A stretch of 64,000 bases of DNA, from positions 62,001 to 126,000 of IMG/VR virus record IMGVR_UViG_2898099943_000001; one strand, 5' to 3'. This document shows, piece by piece, positions 19,883-29,324 of the stretch (position 1 is the first letter of the stretch; every line of letters begins with the position of its first letter). Position numbers and translations under genes: made by a program. This stretch comes from an uncultured virus (IMG/VR IMGVR_UViG_2898099943_000001) (lineage: Duplodnaviria; Heunggongvirae; Uroviricota; Caudoviricetes). The notes beneath the pieces were generated by a model. It had not been told where the DNA came from. It searched no databases and was given only the letters and a program-made list of their open reading frames with translations.

Positions 19883-20788
19883 TTAATATAAATGTCGGAT
19901 TACAGTTTTGAGTTGTCCAAAATTTCTTGGGAAGGTATATATGATAAATTTAATTCCATTCTCTCGAATTGGTGTTGATACAATTACACCTAATTCCTCT
20001 AAGATGTCCATGTATTCTTGAATACCTTTCTTTCTAACGCTACCTGTTAGTTTTAAGCCAAATGTAAAGTCAATTCTGTTAGCATATCTTGTACTTGCCA
20101 TAGTTGATACTGTAACAATACCGTTTTTTAGTGGAATTTCACTCTTGTCAGTCTTTGAGTCGTACTCTTTGTAAAAGGTCAGACAAGCTACAGTATAAAC
20201 TCCTAACAGTTCCAAAAACTCTTTAACACCGAATTTTCTGTCACCATTTTTGATATTAGTTAACAAAGTGTGCATGTCAAAGTTAGGAAACTTGAAAAAT
20301 CCGTCTCTGCTATTGAGTTGGTCGTTTTTAAATGGGATAGTTATATCTTCATAAAACGTAGTTCTGGCAGTTTGTCTAATATTGCATTTAATTAAACCAA
20401 GTTTTTCAAGTCTGTAAAACGATTCCTTGATACGATTTGAGCTAGTAGAGTCAGTTCTAGTCTTGTTTAACAGCTCTTTAATCAACATTTTAATATGCTC
20501 ACTGTTTAATATTGCAATCTTAGCACCATCATTTGGTGAAATATCTTCTGCCATGAAGTTTAGAAGTAAATACAGCCCAACATCAGCCATTTTTAAAATG
20601 ATTCCATCTTCACCTATTGGTGTTCTATCTGCGTCTAAGATAAAACGATACAACCTAAAGAATGAATGTTTTGTATATTTTGTACGCAATCCACCCTTTT
20701 CACCAACATGATATTTGCTTTCGAGAGCTTTGATTTTTTTATCTGCCCTAGACATGTTTTTATTTTCCAAATACATACCTACTTTCAA
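19883..20788 (-). CDS. Putative winged-helix DNA-binding protein
   Basis: DVGLYLLLN, LEKLGLIK, ELLGVY. Confidence 0.55.
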   Translation of the reverse strand: MKVGMYLENKNMSRADKKIKALESKYHVGEKGGLRTKYTKHSFFRLYRFILDADRTPIGEDGIILKMADVGLYLLLNFMAEDISPNDGAKIAILNSEHIKMLIKELLNKTRTDSTSSNRIKESFYRLEKLGLIKCNIRQTARTTFYEDITIPFKNDQLNSRDGFFKFPNFDMHTLLTNIKNGDRKFGVKEFLELLGVYTVACLTFYKEYDSKTDKSEIPLKNGIVTVSTMASTRYANRIDFTFGLKLTGSVRKKGIQEYMDILEELGVIVSTPIRENGIKFIIYTFPRNFGQLKTVIRHLY

Positions 20789-20978
20789 TAAAATTCTCAG
20801 TATTTAGGTGTAAAACATCAATTTTAATGTATAAAAAATTGACACTTTTGAAAAAATATGTAGGAAAAAAGTCCTACTTTTATTTTCACACTTAAACATC
20901 TGTTATAACTAAATTATATCAAATTTTAGAGTAAGGTCAATATATATTCATTCTGTTGGTATAAAGTTTTAGTGTTTT

Positions 20979-22028
20979 TTAAGCTACAAGTGCTGCTGGT
21001 GTTTTAAAATTCATGAGCATATTTAATTCAATTTCATCATCTTCTACGAGTTCGTAGTTGTCTTTGATGTAGTTTCTTACAGCACTAGCCATGAAGTTAC
21101 GGATATAAACATAGATAAAGCTGCTGGCATTTCTGATAGTTTCCTTGCCACGATATACATGTTCAGCGATTTGCAATAATGCAGATTCCAACCCTTTAGA
21201 CAATAATTCATTAGTTTCAAAACGTGTAGCCTCACTACTTACTGGAGAATACAACCATGTGTCACTAGATAATAACTTGCTTTCAACTTGGCTCTTTGCT
21301 TTGAAGATAGTGTCTACAAACCACTTAGCTTTACTGTAACTACCTTGTGATAGTGTCTTAATACGTCCAAATGTAGATTTTGTTAATACAGGAGCTACCT
21401 TATCTTCCAATGATTTAATTGCCATACCGTCTAAATCTTGTTCAGTGGGTTGAGAAACAGGTTGCACACCATATTTTTGTGCGGGAGTGTCTGTTTCATT
21501 TGTTTCTCTTGTAATATTAGATTTAGATTGATTATTGTTAGATTGATTTATTGGCATATTTTGCGAGTAGTCACTAGCATTATTTGCTACTAGCGTAGTA
21601 TCAACGTTTTGAGCCATTTCTTTCTTTTCAAAACTAAAGTTAGACCATTTCATTTTTAGTTCAACATCATCTGGTGTAAGTTCTGGTTGATTTACATAAA
21701 TCTTGAAGTTTCTTAAACCATGACGAACTACTTTAATAAGACCACATTCGATAAGTTGCTTGCGTAGTTGTGTTAATTTACGCAAAGAAACACCTAAGAT
21801 ATCTGCAGCCTCTTCATTGGAGAAGTAGATAAATGCACCATTGTTGTCTGTAAATGTCTTATCCCCGTTCAAACTATGATATTGTGATACTTGTTGACGT
21901 TGTTCATACAAGGAATATAAAAACCATCCTGTTGTTCCTAAACTTCTATACTTTGGATTGTTAACTAAATCTGTGTTTATAGAAACGAATGCACGTCCCA
22001 TTGTATCTTCGCCTTTTAATTTCATCAT
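20979..22028 (-). CDS. repA: RepA_N-family plasmid replication initiator
   Basis: LVNNPKYRSL...LYSL...FIYFSNEEAADILGVS...LIECGLI...KIYV; low-complexity N/Q central linker. Confidence 0.82.
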   Translation of the reverse strand: MMKLKGEDTMGRAFVSINTDLVNNPKYRSLGTTGWFLYSLYEQRQQVSQYHSLNGDKTFTDNNGAFIYFSNEEAADILGVSLRKLTQLRKQLIECGLIKVVRHGLRNFKIYVNQPELTPDDVELKMKWSNFSFEKKEMAQNVDTTLVANNASDYSQNMPINQSNNNQSKSNITRETNETDTPAQKYGVQPVSQPTEQDLDGMAIKSLEDKVAPVLTKSTFGRIKTLSQGSYSKAKWFVDTIFKAKSQVESKLLSSDTWLYSPVSSEATRFETNELLSKGLESALLQIAEHVYRGKETIRNASSFIYVYIRNFMASAVRNYIKDNYELVEDDEIELNMLMNFKTPAALVA

Positions 22029-22098
22029 AATTATTTTCCTTCTTCCGTACTAAGTATTTTTATGATGAAAACCAAAAAGCAATGTGCTATAATATAGG

Positions 22099-22396
22099 TA
22101 ACGCAATAAAGAAGCGTTAATCACATTTGAATACTTTTTGATTTCCACCTAATTGATTTCGTTTGATTTCATCTGGTTGTTTTTACTAGGTGTTAGTCAT
22201 ATAAGAATACCCTTCTGTTTTTTGTTTAAGGTTTTCTTTATGATTTTCGTTCTGTGGTTAATGATTTTAATATCACCTTCGTTTCTTTTTTGTTGTATTG
22301 CTTGCGTTCGCCAAAACGTAAGCTATTTGATAATTTAATAGATTTATTTAATTTGTTTATCAACCGTAGTTCGCCAAAACTGACGGTTATTTTTTT
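22099..22396 (+). ncRNA. Antisense copy-control RNA of repA (pSK41 RNAI-like)
   Basis: TGcTATAAT at 22085-22093; two hairpins with CGCCAA loops (22300-22323, 22362-22388), second followed by T-run. Confidence 0.65.
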
Positions 22397-22759
22397 GTCT
22401 AAATTTTATATCAATTTATTTTAATGTATACCCACGTACTTATCTAAGGTGCTTACGTGAGTTATTTCTTTAGCATAATATATCTTACCAGGAAAATGAA
22501 GACATGTTAAGTTTTTTCATGTTTTAAATCGTTTTGAGCACTTTACACGAAGTCTGGCTAATTACACTCATGTACTTCTAAAGTTGCTCATATGTGACTA
22601 TATGAAGTCTGGTGGAAAGTTATGTAGTGTGAGATATGTACGCTGCGTACGTAGTATATGCAACCGCCCTACCCTACTTCTATAAGGCTAGGATAACACA
22701 AAAGAAAGCTGAATAGTAGGGTTAAATGTTGATGTTTCACTGGTATATGGAGGCGCAGT

Positions 22760-23080
22760 TCCACATGTACAACCGTACACATGTACACATGTACAACTAT
22801 GTACAAACACGATACTTTATTTTTAAATATAAAAATAGTGATTTATTATCGAATTATATACTGTACAAGTACACATGTGGAACTGTACAAATGTACACAA
22901 TAATTATTATAAAAACATGATTATATAAGCATTTATTAAACATCTGTTGTACATTACCACATATATACAAGTACAAAATCACACATTTTATATTATGCTT
23001 ATTTTTTATTTAGTTAAAATAATATAACAAATACAAAGATGTTCTACATTTATACATGTATATATGTGGTAATGTGTACA
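22760..23080. repeat. GTACA/TGTACA repeat cluster, candidate centromere upstream of parA
   Basis: About a dozen closely spaced GTACA units; further clusters at ~24619-24650 and ~25088-25205. Confidence 0.65.
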
Positions 23081-23127
23081 ATGGGGTTGATAAATTATTT
23101 TTTTAAGAATATACTAAAAGCATAATA

Positions 23128-24015
23128 TTGGAGGTGCTTATCATGCGTTATACTAAGAAGACTTTTGCTGAATTAAAAGATGTTATAGAAAAACGTGGTA
23201 AGGGTATCACAGTTGTTATTGGTAATCAAAAAGGTGGAGTTGGTAAGACTGCCAATGCTACTATCATGTCATATATACTAGCCAAGCATGGTATCAAGAC
23301 ACTTGTAGTTGATTTAGACCCACAAGCTAATGCTAGTGAAACTCTAGTCCATACTATGTCACGAAATTCAGAAGATGGGAGAATACCAGCTATTAAGAAG
23401 ACAATCTTATTAGGTATATCCGAAGGTGATTTAACTGACCTACCTGTTAAAATTATGGATAATTTATATCTTCTACCTAGTTATATAGATTTTGAAGGCT
23501 TCACAGAATATTTATATGAACATACTAATAATGAATATGAAAGAAACCATTTCCTAAAACCATTATTAGACCCATTGAAAGAAGATTATGATGTAATCAT
23601 CTTAGATATGCCACCATTGATGAGAGAAATTAGAGATAATGCTGTTGTATTATCAGATTATGTATTAATCGTATTACAAACGCAAGAACATGCTTTAGTT
23701 GGTGCTAAGAGATACATTAAGAAGTTGATTGAACTTAGACATAAATACGATTTGCCAGTAGACCTACTCGGTGTTATTGGAGTATTAAACAATAGACGTG
23801 GACGTGTAGATAAGATTGTTTTAGATGAGGCTAAAAGAGATATTGGTGAAGACCTTGTTTTTGAAACAGTAGTACCTAATATGGAAAGAATAAAGAGATT
23901 CCCTATTCAAGGTGTTGGAGAAGATGATAGATTCGACACTCAAGTATTAGATGTTTATCGTAAGATTACTACTGAATTTGCTAAGAGATTAACAGAGGCT
24001 GAAACGAGAGAGTAA
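23128..24015 (+). CDS. parA: ParA/Soj-family partition ATPase
   Basis: NQKGGVGKT, VVDLDPQANAS, IILDMPP. Confidence 0.93.
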   Translation: MEVLIMRYTKKTFAELKDVIEKRGKGITVVIGNQKGGVGKTANATIMSYILAKHGIKTLVVDLDPQANASETLVHTMSRNSEDGRIPAIKKTILLGISEGDLTDLPVKIMDNLYLLPSYIDFEGFTEYLYEHTNNEYERNHFLKPLLDPLKEDYDVIILDMPPLMREIRDNAVVLSDYVLIVLQTQEHALVGAKRYIKKLIELRHKYDLPVDLLGVIGVLNNRRGRVDKIVLDEAKRDIGEDLVFETVVPNMERIKRFPIQGVGEDDRFDTQVLDVYRKITTEFAKRLTEAETRE

Positions 24016-24210
24016 AAAAAGATATATTATGTTAGAAAGTGTAAAAATATGGAGCAAACTTAAAATATCTTCACAAAAAAATGAATATATCTTGACTTTT
24101 ATTATAAGCAACCATATAATAAATAATGTAAGATATGGAGGAAAGGAGATAATAGCTCTTTCTAGTTAAGTATTCATATACTTAATTCCATATTGTTATA
24201 GTAATGTGAT

Positions 24211-24531
24211 ATGTCATCAATCAAAAGAACAAGTAATTTAGAAGACTTGGCTAGTAAGGATAACTTTAAGCCAGAAAATACTTACGATACAGTTAAAAGC
24301 GAAGGCAAGACTGAGAAAAGAAGAACACGTAAAGATAAAAGATACAGTTCTATGCGACTTAAAACTGGAACACGTAAAGAATTTGACGCTTATAAACTTG
24401 CTACCAAACTTAAATATGATGATGATGGTTTAGTTAGACTAATGGACTTCTGGAAAGCAAATGCGAAGATGTCACAACGTAAAAGATTTGATATGTATCT
24501 AATGGGTGCTGAGGAAGAAGACGAAGATTAG
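24211..24531 (+). CDS. Putative centromere-binding adaptor (RHH-like, type Ib)
   Basis: Small basic protein after parA; beta-alpha-alpha pattern YSSMRL...KYDDDGLVRLMDFW. Confidence 0.55.
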   Translation: MSSIKRTSNLEDLASKDNFKPENTYDTVKSEGKTEKRRTRKDKRYSSMRLKTGTRKEFDAYKLATKLKYDDDGLVRLMDFWKANAKMSQRKRFDMYLMGAEEEDED

Positions 24532-24675
24532 TTATCAATCTAAACTATTATATAAATGGACAAAAAGTAACAGATATTAGACGCTGTTGTACCAGCGTTT
24601 ATATTTGTGGCTAAAATTTGTACACATTTGTACATGTACACATTTACACAAAAATTAGATAGGAGTGATTTTATA

Positions 24676-25083
24676 GTGTACTGTCAAACATGCGGTGCGA
24701 TTAATCGTGAGGACGCTAAGTTCTGTTTTAAATGTGGAGATAAACTTGAAAAAGGTATCGAACCAAATAGAATTGTGATTCCAGCAGACGTACAACCACA
24801 ACATGGTGATGACGAAGATATTGAAGCTATCGAATTGGAATACATCAAAAAGTCATTAAATAGTGGTAGTGGGACTAAGAACCAACAATGTGGTTTTAGA
24901 ATTAATAAAGATATTAGAGAAAGAATGGACACTCTAAAGAATATCACGAGATTGAAGTTCGATTATCAAGTCGCTGATTATCTTTTAGATTTCCATAGAC
25001 GTCATGCGACACCAAGACAATTAGGTCTATATGCAGCCTACGATAGTATTAAAAGTAATGACGTAGCAACGGATAATGAATAG
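24676..25083 (+). CDS. Zinc-ribbon plus RHH-like paralogue
   Basis: AGGAG RBS before GTG 24676; CQTC..CFKC; LKFDYQVADYLLDF. Confidence 0.6.
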   Translation: MYCQTCGAINREDAKFCFKCGDKLEKGIEPNRIVIPADVQPQHGDDEDIEAIELEYIKKSLNSGSGTKNQQCGFRINKDIRERMDTLKNITRLKFDYQVADYLLDFHRRHATPRQLGLYAAYDSIKSNDVATDNE

Positions 25084-25232
25084 ACAAGTATACATGTAGA
25101 AGTGTACAAAGTTCCACAAATAAAGATGTAAGAATACTTATATATAGGTGTTTTAAGAACTTCATGTACATATGTAGAAATGTAGAACTGTACAAATGTA
25201 CACAAATATAGTAAATTATGGAGGTAAATAAT

Positions 25233-25583
25233 ATGATTTGTCCTAAATGTAATAATGAAAATTCTGATAAGGCTATGTACTGCATGTACTGTGCTAATAA
25301 GATTGGTAGAACTTATAATGTGGAAGATAATGTAGAGAAAATCGAAAGCATTGTTGCTGCCAATAATGATAAACCCAAGAGCAAAGGTAAGAAAGCTAAG
25401 AATCCAAACCAAGCTGTTAACATTAAGATGAGTGAAGATCTTAAATATGACCTTGAAATATTTAAAGCAATGATGTCTATTAAGTTTGATTACGCAGCTA
25501 TTAGTTACTTATTGCAAGATTGGGCTGAACGTTTAGACCCATCTGAAAGAGCTGTATATGACGCATTGAGAGCAAGACAGTGA
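25233..25583 (+). CDS. Zinc-ribbon plus RHH-like paralogue
   Basis: GGAGGT RBS; CPKC..CMYC; IKFDYAAISYLLQDW. Confidence 0.6.
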   Translation: MICPKCNNENSDKAMYCMYCANKIGRTYNVEDNVEKIESIVAANNDKPKSKGKKAKNPNQAVNIKMSEDLKYDLEIFKAMMSIKFDYAAISYLLQDWAERLDPSERAVYDALRARQ

Positions 25584-25594
25584 GAGTAGTTAAT

Positions 25595-26002
25595 ATGAAA
25601 CTTTGTAAAGAATGTAGAACAGAAAACCCAGATTATGCGAATATGTGCTGTGTATGTGGTAGTAAAAACCTAGTTCGTTTCGATGAAGTGATTGATACGT
25701 ATATGGAATTAGACGCAAACAAGAGCAAGAAGAGTACTAAGTTTAATGATTTATGCGAATACATTGACGACCCATTAGTATTAGATGACAAGAGATACAC
25801 ATCAGCAAGGTTAAAAGACCTTACAAGAAGAGTATTTGACGGATATAAGATTGTAGAGAATATCAAATACGATAACGAGGCTACATTTTCATTGGTGAAT
25901 TATTGGACTACACATCCCGACACTAAGGCATATAAAATCGACAAGTTAGATGATATTGTCAGAATGTATTTTGATAGAGATAAGAGCTTAAGAACTATCT
26001 AA
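25595..26002 (+). CDS. Zinc-ribbon plus RHH-like paralogue
   Basis: CKEC..CCVC; DKRYTSARLK...IKYDNEATFSLVNYW. Confidence 0.6.
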   Translation: MKLCKECRTENPDYANMCCVCGSKNLVRFDEVIDTYMELDANKSKKSTKFNDLCEYIDDPLVLDDKRYTSARLKDLTRRVFDGYKIVENIKYDNEATFSLVNYWTTHPDTKAYKIDKLDDIVRMYFDRDKSLRTI

Positions 26003-26029
26003 CCAAGCTAAATAGTGATATAATAAAAG

Positions 26030-26200
26030 GCGATACAGGGGCTTTCTCCTTTTGCCCGCCTGTGTCACCAATGTGATATTTTTCCGACTAACCCTTCTGC
26101 CTATAGAGTTAGTCTTAAAATACTAGCAACATCACACTCCATAGTTTGTTGCTAAATTGAGTTCCAGACCGTTGTATCCTTCTGCAGCGGTCTTTTTATT
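26030..26200 (+). ncRNA. Candidate sRNA, four hairpins with C/U-rich loops
   Basis: TGaTATAAT at 26016-26024; loops containing TCTCCTTTT, CCTTC, CACTCC, TCCTTC; last hairpin plus T-run is a terminator. Confidence 0.55.
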
Positions 26201-27596
26201 TAGATAGCTTTCTATGAATTATATAGGAATATTTTAGACCGTTACATTAGCTTGTATCGGTCTTTTATTTTGCCTTAATATCATAGTTGTATCATGAACT
26301 ACACTATAATAAGCAGCATTATAGATTTACATACGGTATTTTAACGCATGATAAGGTAGTGATTGTCATGTAAGTCTTAAAAACCATATAAACAAGGTCT
26401 GTTTAGCATTTGTGGGAGTTTTATTTTTAGAATTTCGTTTTGAAAACTCAATGTAAGCGTGATAATAAGGGGCTAATATGACAACTTCTGAAATGAGTGA
26501 TTTTAGGGGTAAAAACATAAGGTTTACCACCTTGTAAAGCCAGATGTAGATGTGTCGCTTATTAAGGATAATTTTAGAGGCATGAATATAAAATCTAAAT
26601 AAAAACTAGGTAATAATGTCATAAAGATAAGATAAAGTTATAGTAAAGTATGGAGAAAAGTAAATTGGAGTGAGTGAAAAATTCACTGTTTACATGGGCA
26701 TATTAAGGTAGATTTTTTGAAAGAATGAAAGAGAAATCGAAACTTTCCATTTTTGTACCAGTGGAGTAGCTGCGAGTGTATTGTTTCAAGGTTGTAGCTC
26801 ACAGGGACTTTTGTCAATGATTTATAGACAAAACTTGATGTGTCTTAGCTTGTATTTTGAGTGATTTTTGAGTGCAATTATAGTGAGCTAAAAAGGTCGG
26901 AATCTATGAAAATACGAAATATTTTATAAAAGCGGAGTGAATTTGCAGCTGGAAATTGTGAAGATTTTGTGAAGATTATAATTGGAGTGATTGTACTGGC
27001 TGGAATTGAGTTTGTTAATTATAAGATTATTGTTATGTAATTAGTTAGATTTAATGTATAAGTGATATGTACATATACAGGCAATATTATAGTGTTTTTG
27101 AGCTTGATAAGGGGTGTTAGTATCATTTTATGTAAGAAGGGGAGGGTGAATAGCCTTTTAAGGCTGCTAACACAGCTAAATTAGGAGTAAAAGCGCAATG
27201 TAAGACAGTTAGAATGGGGTGGAATGGGGAGGAATTTGGTAGGAATTTGGTAGGAATTTGTGGTGTGTGGGGAGAGCTACTGTATCTGAAAGGTTGTGCA
27301 AAATTTAAAAGATTTGAGATAAATAGGGGGCTTCCTCTATGTAAAATAATTCTAGTTATTTTTTGAATGCTAAAAAAGTATATATTTTGGTCCTTAAAAA
27401 AGATTAAAAATGAAAACGCTTTCAGAATAAAATCAAGTGTATTTATATAAATTAATATATGAAGATGTATCTATAAATTTTATTTATAGTATTATAAGAA
27501 TAACTTATATTTTGCGCTATTAATAAAATTTGATACACCAAACCCTCTATTATACCACACTCCACACAATAACACAATACTATATTTAAAATAATA

Positions 27597-27612
27597 TGTT
27601 TCACGTGAAACA
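27597..27612. promoter_or_regulatory. parS: parS site (Spo0J/ParB consensus)
   Basis: Perfect palindrome TGTTTCACGTGAAACA. Confidence 0.8.
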
Positions 27613-27628
27613 TCTATAATTTATAACA

Positions 27629-27828
27629 ATTCTAAACTAATAAAGATTACAGCTTAACAAAATTTACCACCTTGTAAAAATTCTAAATTAACAAAAACTC
27701 TAACTTTATAATCATTCTAAATTAACACAAATTCTAATATTAGAAACATTCTAAATTAATAACGATTATAAGTTAATAACATTCACAAAATACTATATTT
27801 TATTAGTTTATAACTATTCTAAACTAGC
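27629..27828 (+). repeat. About six copies of ATTCTAA(A)YTA
   Basis: Copies near 27630, 27681, 27715, 27732, 27749, 27817. Confidence 0.55.
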
Positions 27829-28363
27829 TAACATCTACTGCATGCAGCTGCCACTTATTTACTTACAATAAGTTAGCGTATTAACTAGATGTAACAACAT
27901 TGCAAGCCGTCAAGGCTTTAACCTAATTACATAAATGTATATTATAGTAGATACATACATATAAGCACTATATACCATAAGCATAACATTATATTAACAT
28001 CTACACTCATTACACCTTATTGCATACGCTCAAACCCTTGATATATCAACGTTTATCACGCTTACATTATATAGATTATACATACTAACTGCATATATAT
28101 ACACGTATAAGACACCTATAATACTAATCATATATAACACTATGAAAAGCCTTATATAATAGCATTTATAGCACCATACCACCATAAGATTATAATAAAA
28201 TACTTATAACAATAAAATAAGCATAAAATAAAGCTCCACAAAATACCACAAACAAAAAGCCTTATCTTATAAGTTTTCACAATGTTTTCATAAAGTAAAT
28301 GAAAGCGATTAAAGCCTTATTAAATAAGGGTTTAATAGTGCTTGAATAATACCATCTTATAAT

Positions 28364-28723
28364 TTACTTGCTAGAGGTTAGCCCTTGTAAAAATGCTTTC
28401 AATGCTATTATATCGGTATCTGTAAGCGTTTTGCCATTGTATGAAATACCAGTTTTCAAAATGGTATCTAATTCATTAGCATTGATAAGATTTTTATTAT
28501 CTTTTTTATTAGATAAACCGTATAAATAATCTAAACTTACATTATACAAGTTAGCTAATTTAAAGGCTTTATCAAGTGGAAGGTTACTTCTTCCATATTC
28601 ATAACTAGAATAAGACCGTCTATCAAACATATCTAATTTTTTAGCAATATCTTCCATTGTGTAAGAGTGGATTTCTCTTAACTCTTTCAAACGGGAGGCG
28701 GTCAATTTTTTATCGTACAACAT
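28364..28723 (-). CDS. XRE/Cro-CI HTH repressor
   Basis: RLKELRE..YTMEDIAKKL...YSSYEYGRSN...LANLYNVSLDYLYG. Confidence 0.88.
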   Translation of the reverse strand: MLYDKKLTASRLKELREIHSYTMEDIAKKLDMFDRRSYSSYEYGRSNLPLDKAFKLANLYNVSLDYLYGLSNKKDNKNLINANELDTILKTGISYNGKTLTDTDIIALKAFLQGLTSSK

Positions 28724-28963
28724 ATAAATTATTTTAACCTTTCATTTTTTTATTATAATAGAAGAAACCATTTGAAATCTACTTTAATTATACCGTATAA
28801 AGCCCGTTATATCAAGGTTTATAAAGGATTTTAAAGGTGTAATTGTAAGCGTTTTCAATAGGTATTCTATATCAATTTAAAAAAATATAAGTCTTATAAA
28901 CCTTGATATAATAGGATTTGTAAAGGGTCACAAAATCTTTTTTGAAAAAATAATAAAAAACTG

Positions 28964-29324
28964 TTGACGGTGTAAAAATAATGTATTATGATATGTTTGT
29001 CGTTAAGATACAACGACAAAAAAAGCCCGAGGCTTGCGGGAGGTATTCAAGTTATACTTAATTTAATAAAATCTTCCAATTTTGGAAGTCAAAAAAGATT
29101 TTGATTTTTTTCAAAAAAAAGACTTGACAACATGGAAGATACATGATAAATTGAGTTTGTCGTTAAGTTGTAACGATAAACATATCATAATTTTAGGAAG
29201 TAAAAATCTTCCTAAACCTTGAAAAATCAAGGGTTTAAAAAGATTTTGAAAAAAAACAAAAAAACTCTTGACACAATTCAAGAAAGAAGTTATGATATGT
29301 TTGTCGTTAAGATACAACGACAAA
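28964..29324 (+). promoter_or_regulatory. Three tandem SigA promoters, each with the same palindrome at +1
   Basis: TTGACG-17-TATGAT (28964), TTGACA-17-TAAATT (29124), TTGACA-17-TATGAT (29268); each followed by TTTGTCGTT-N7-AACGAYAAA. Confidence 0.82.

Noticed and set aside
22726..22920. 64-aa ORF rich in MYN/HMY
   Set aside because: Translation of the TGTACA repeat cluster
25261..25276. 16-nt identity ATTCTGATAAGGCTAT with the 56.1-kb sRNA terminator
   Set aside because: About one or more such matches are expected by chance in 64 kb of AT-rich DNA
28996..29324. Possible mini-CRISPR array (three 25-bp palindromic repeats)
   Set aside because: Spacing of 140-160 bp, each unit contains a promoter, and no cas genes are present
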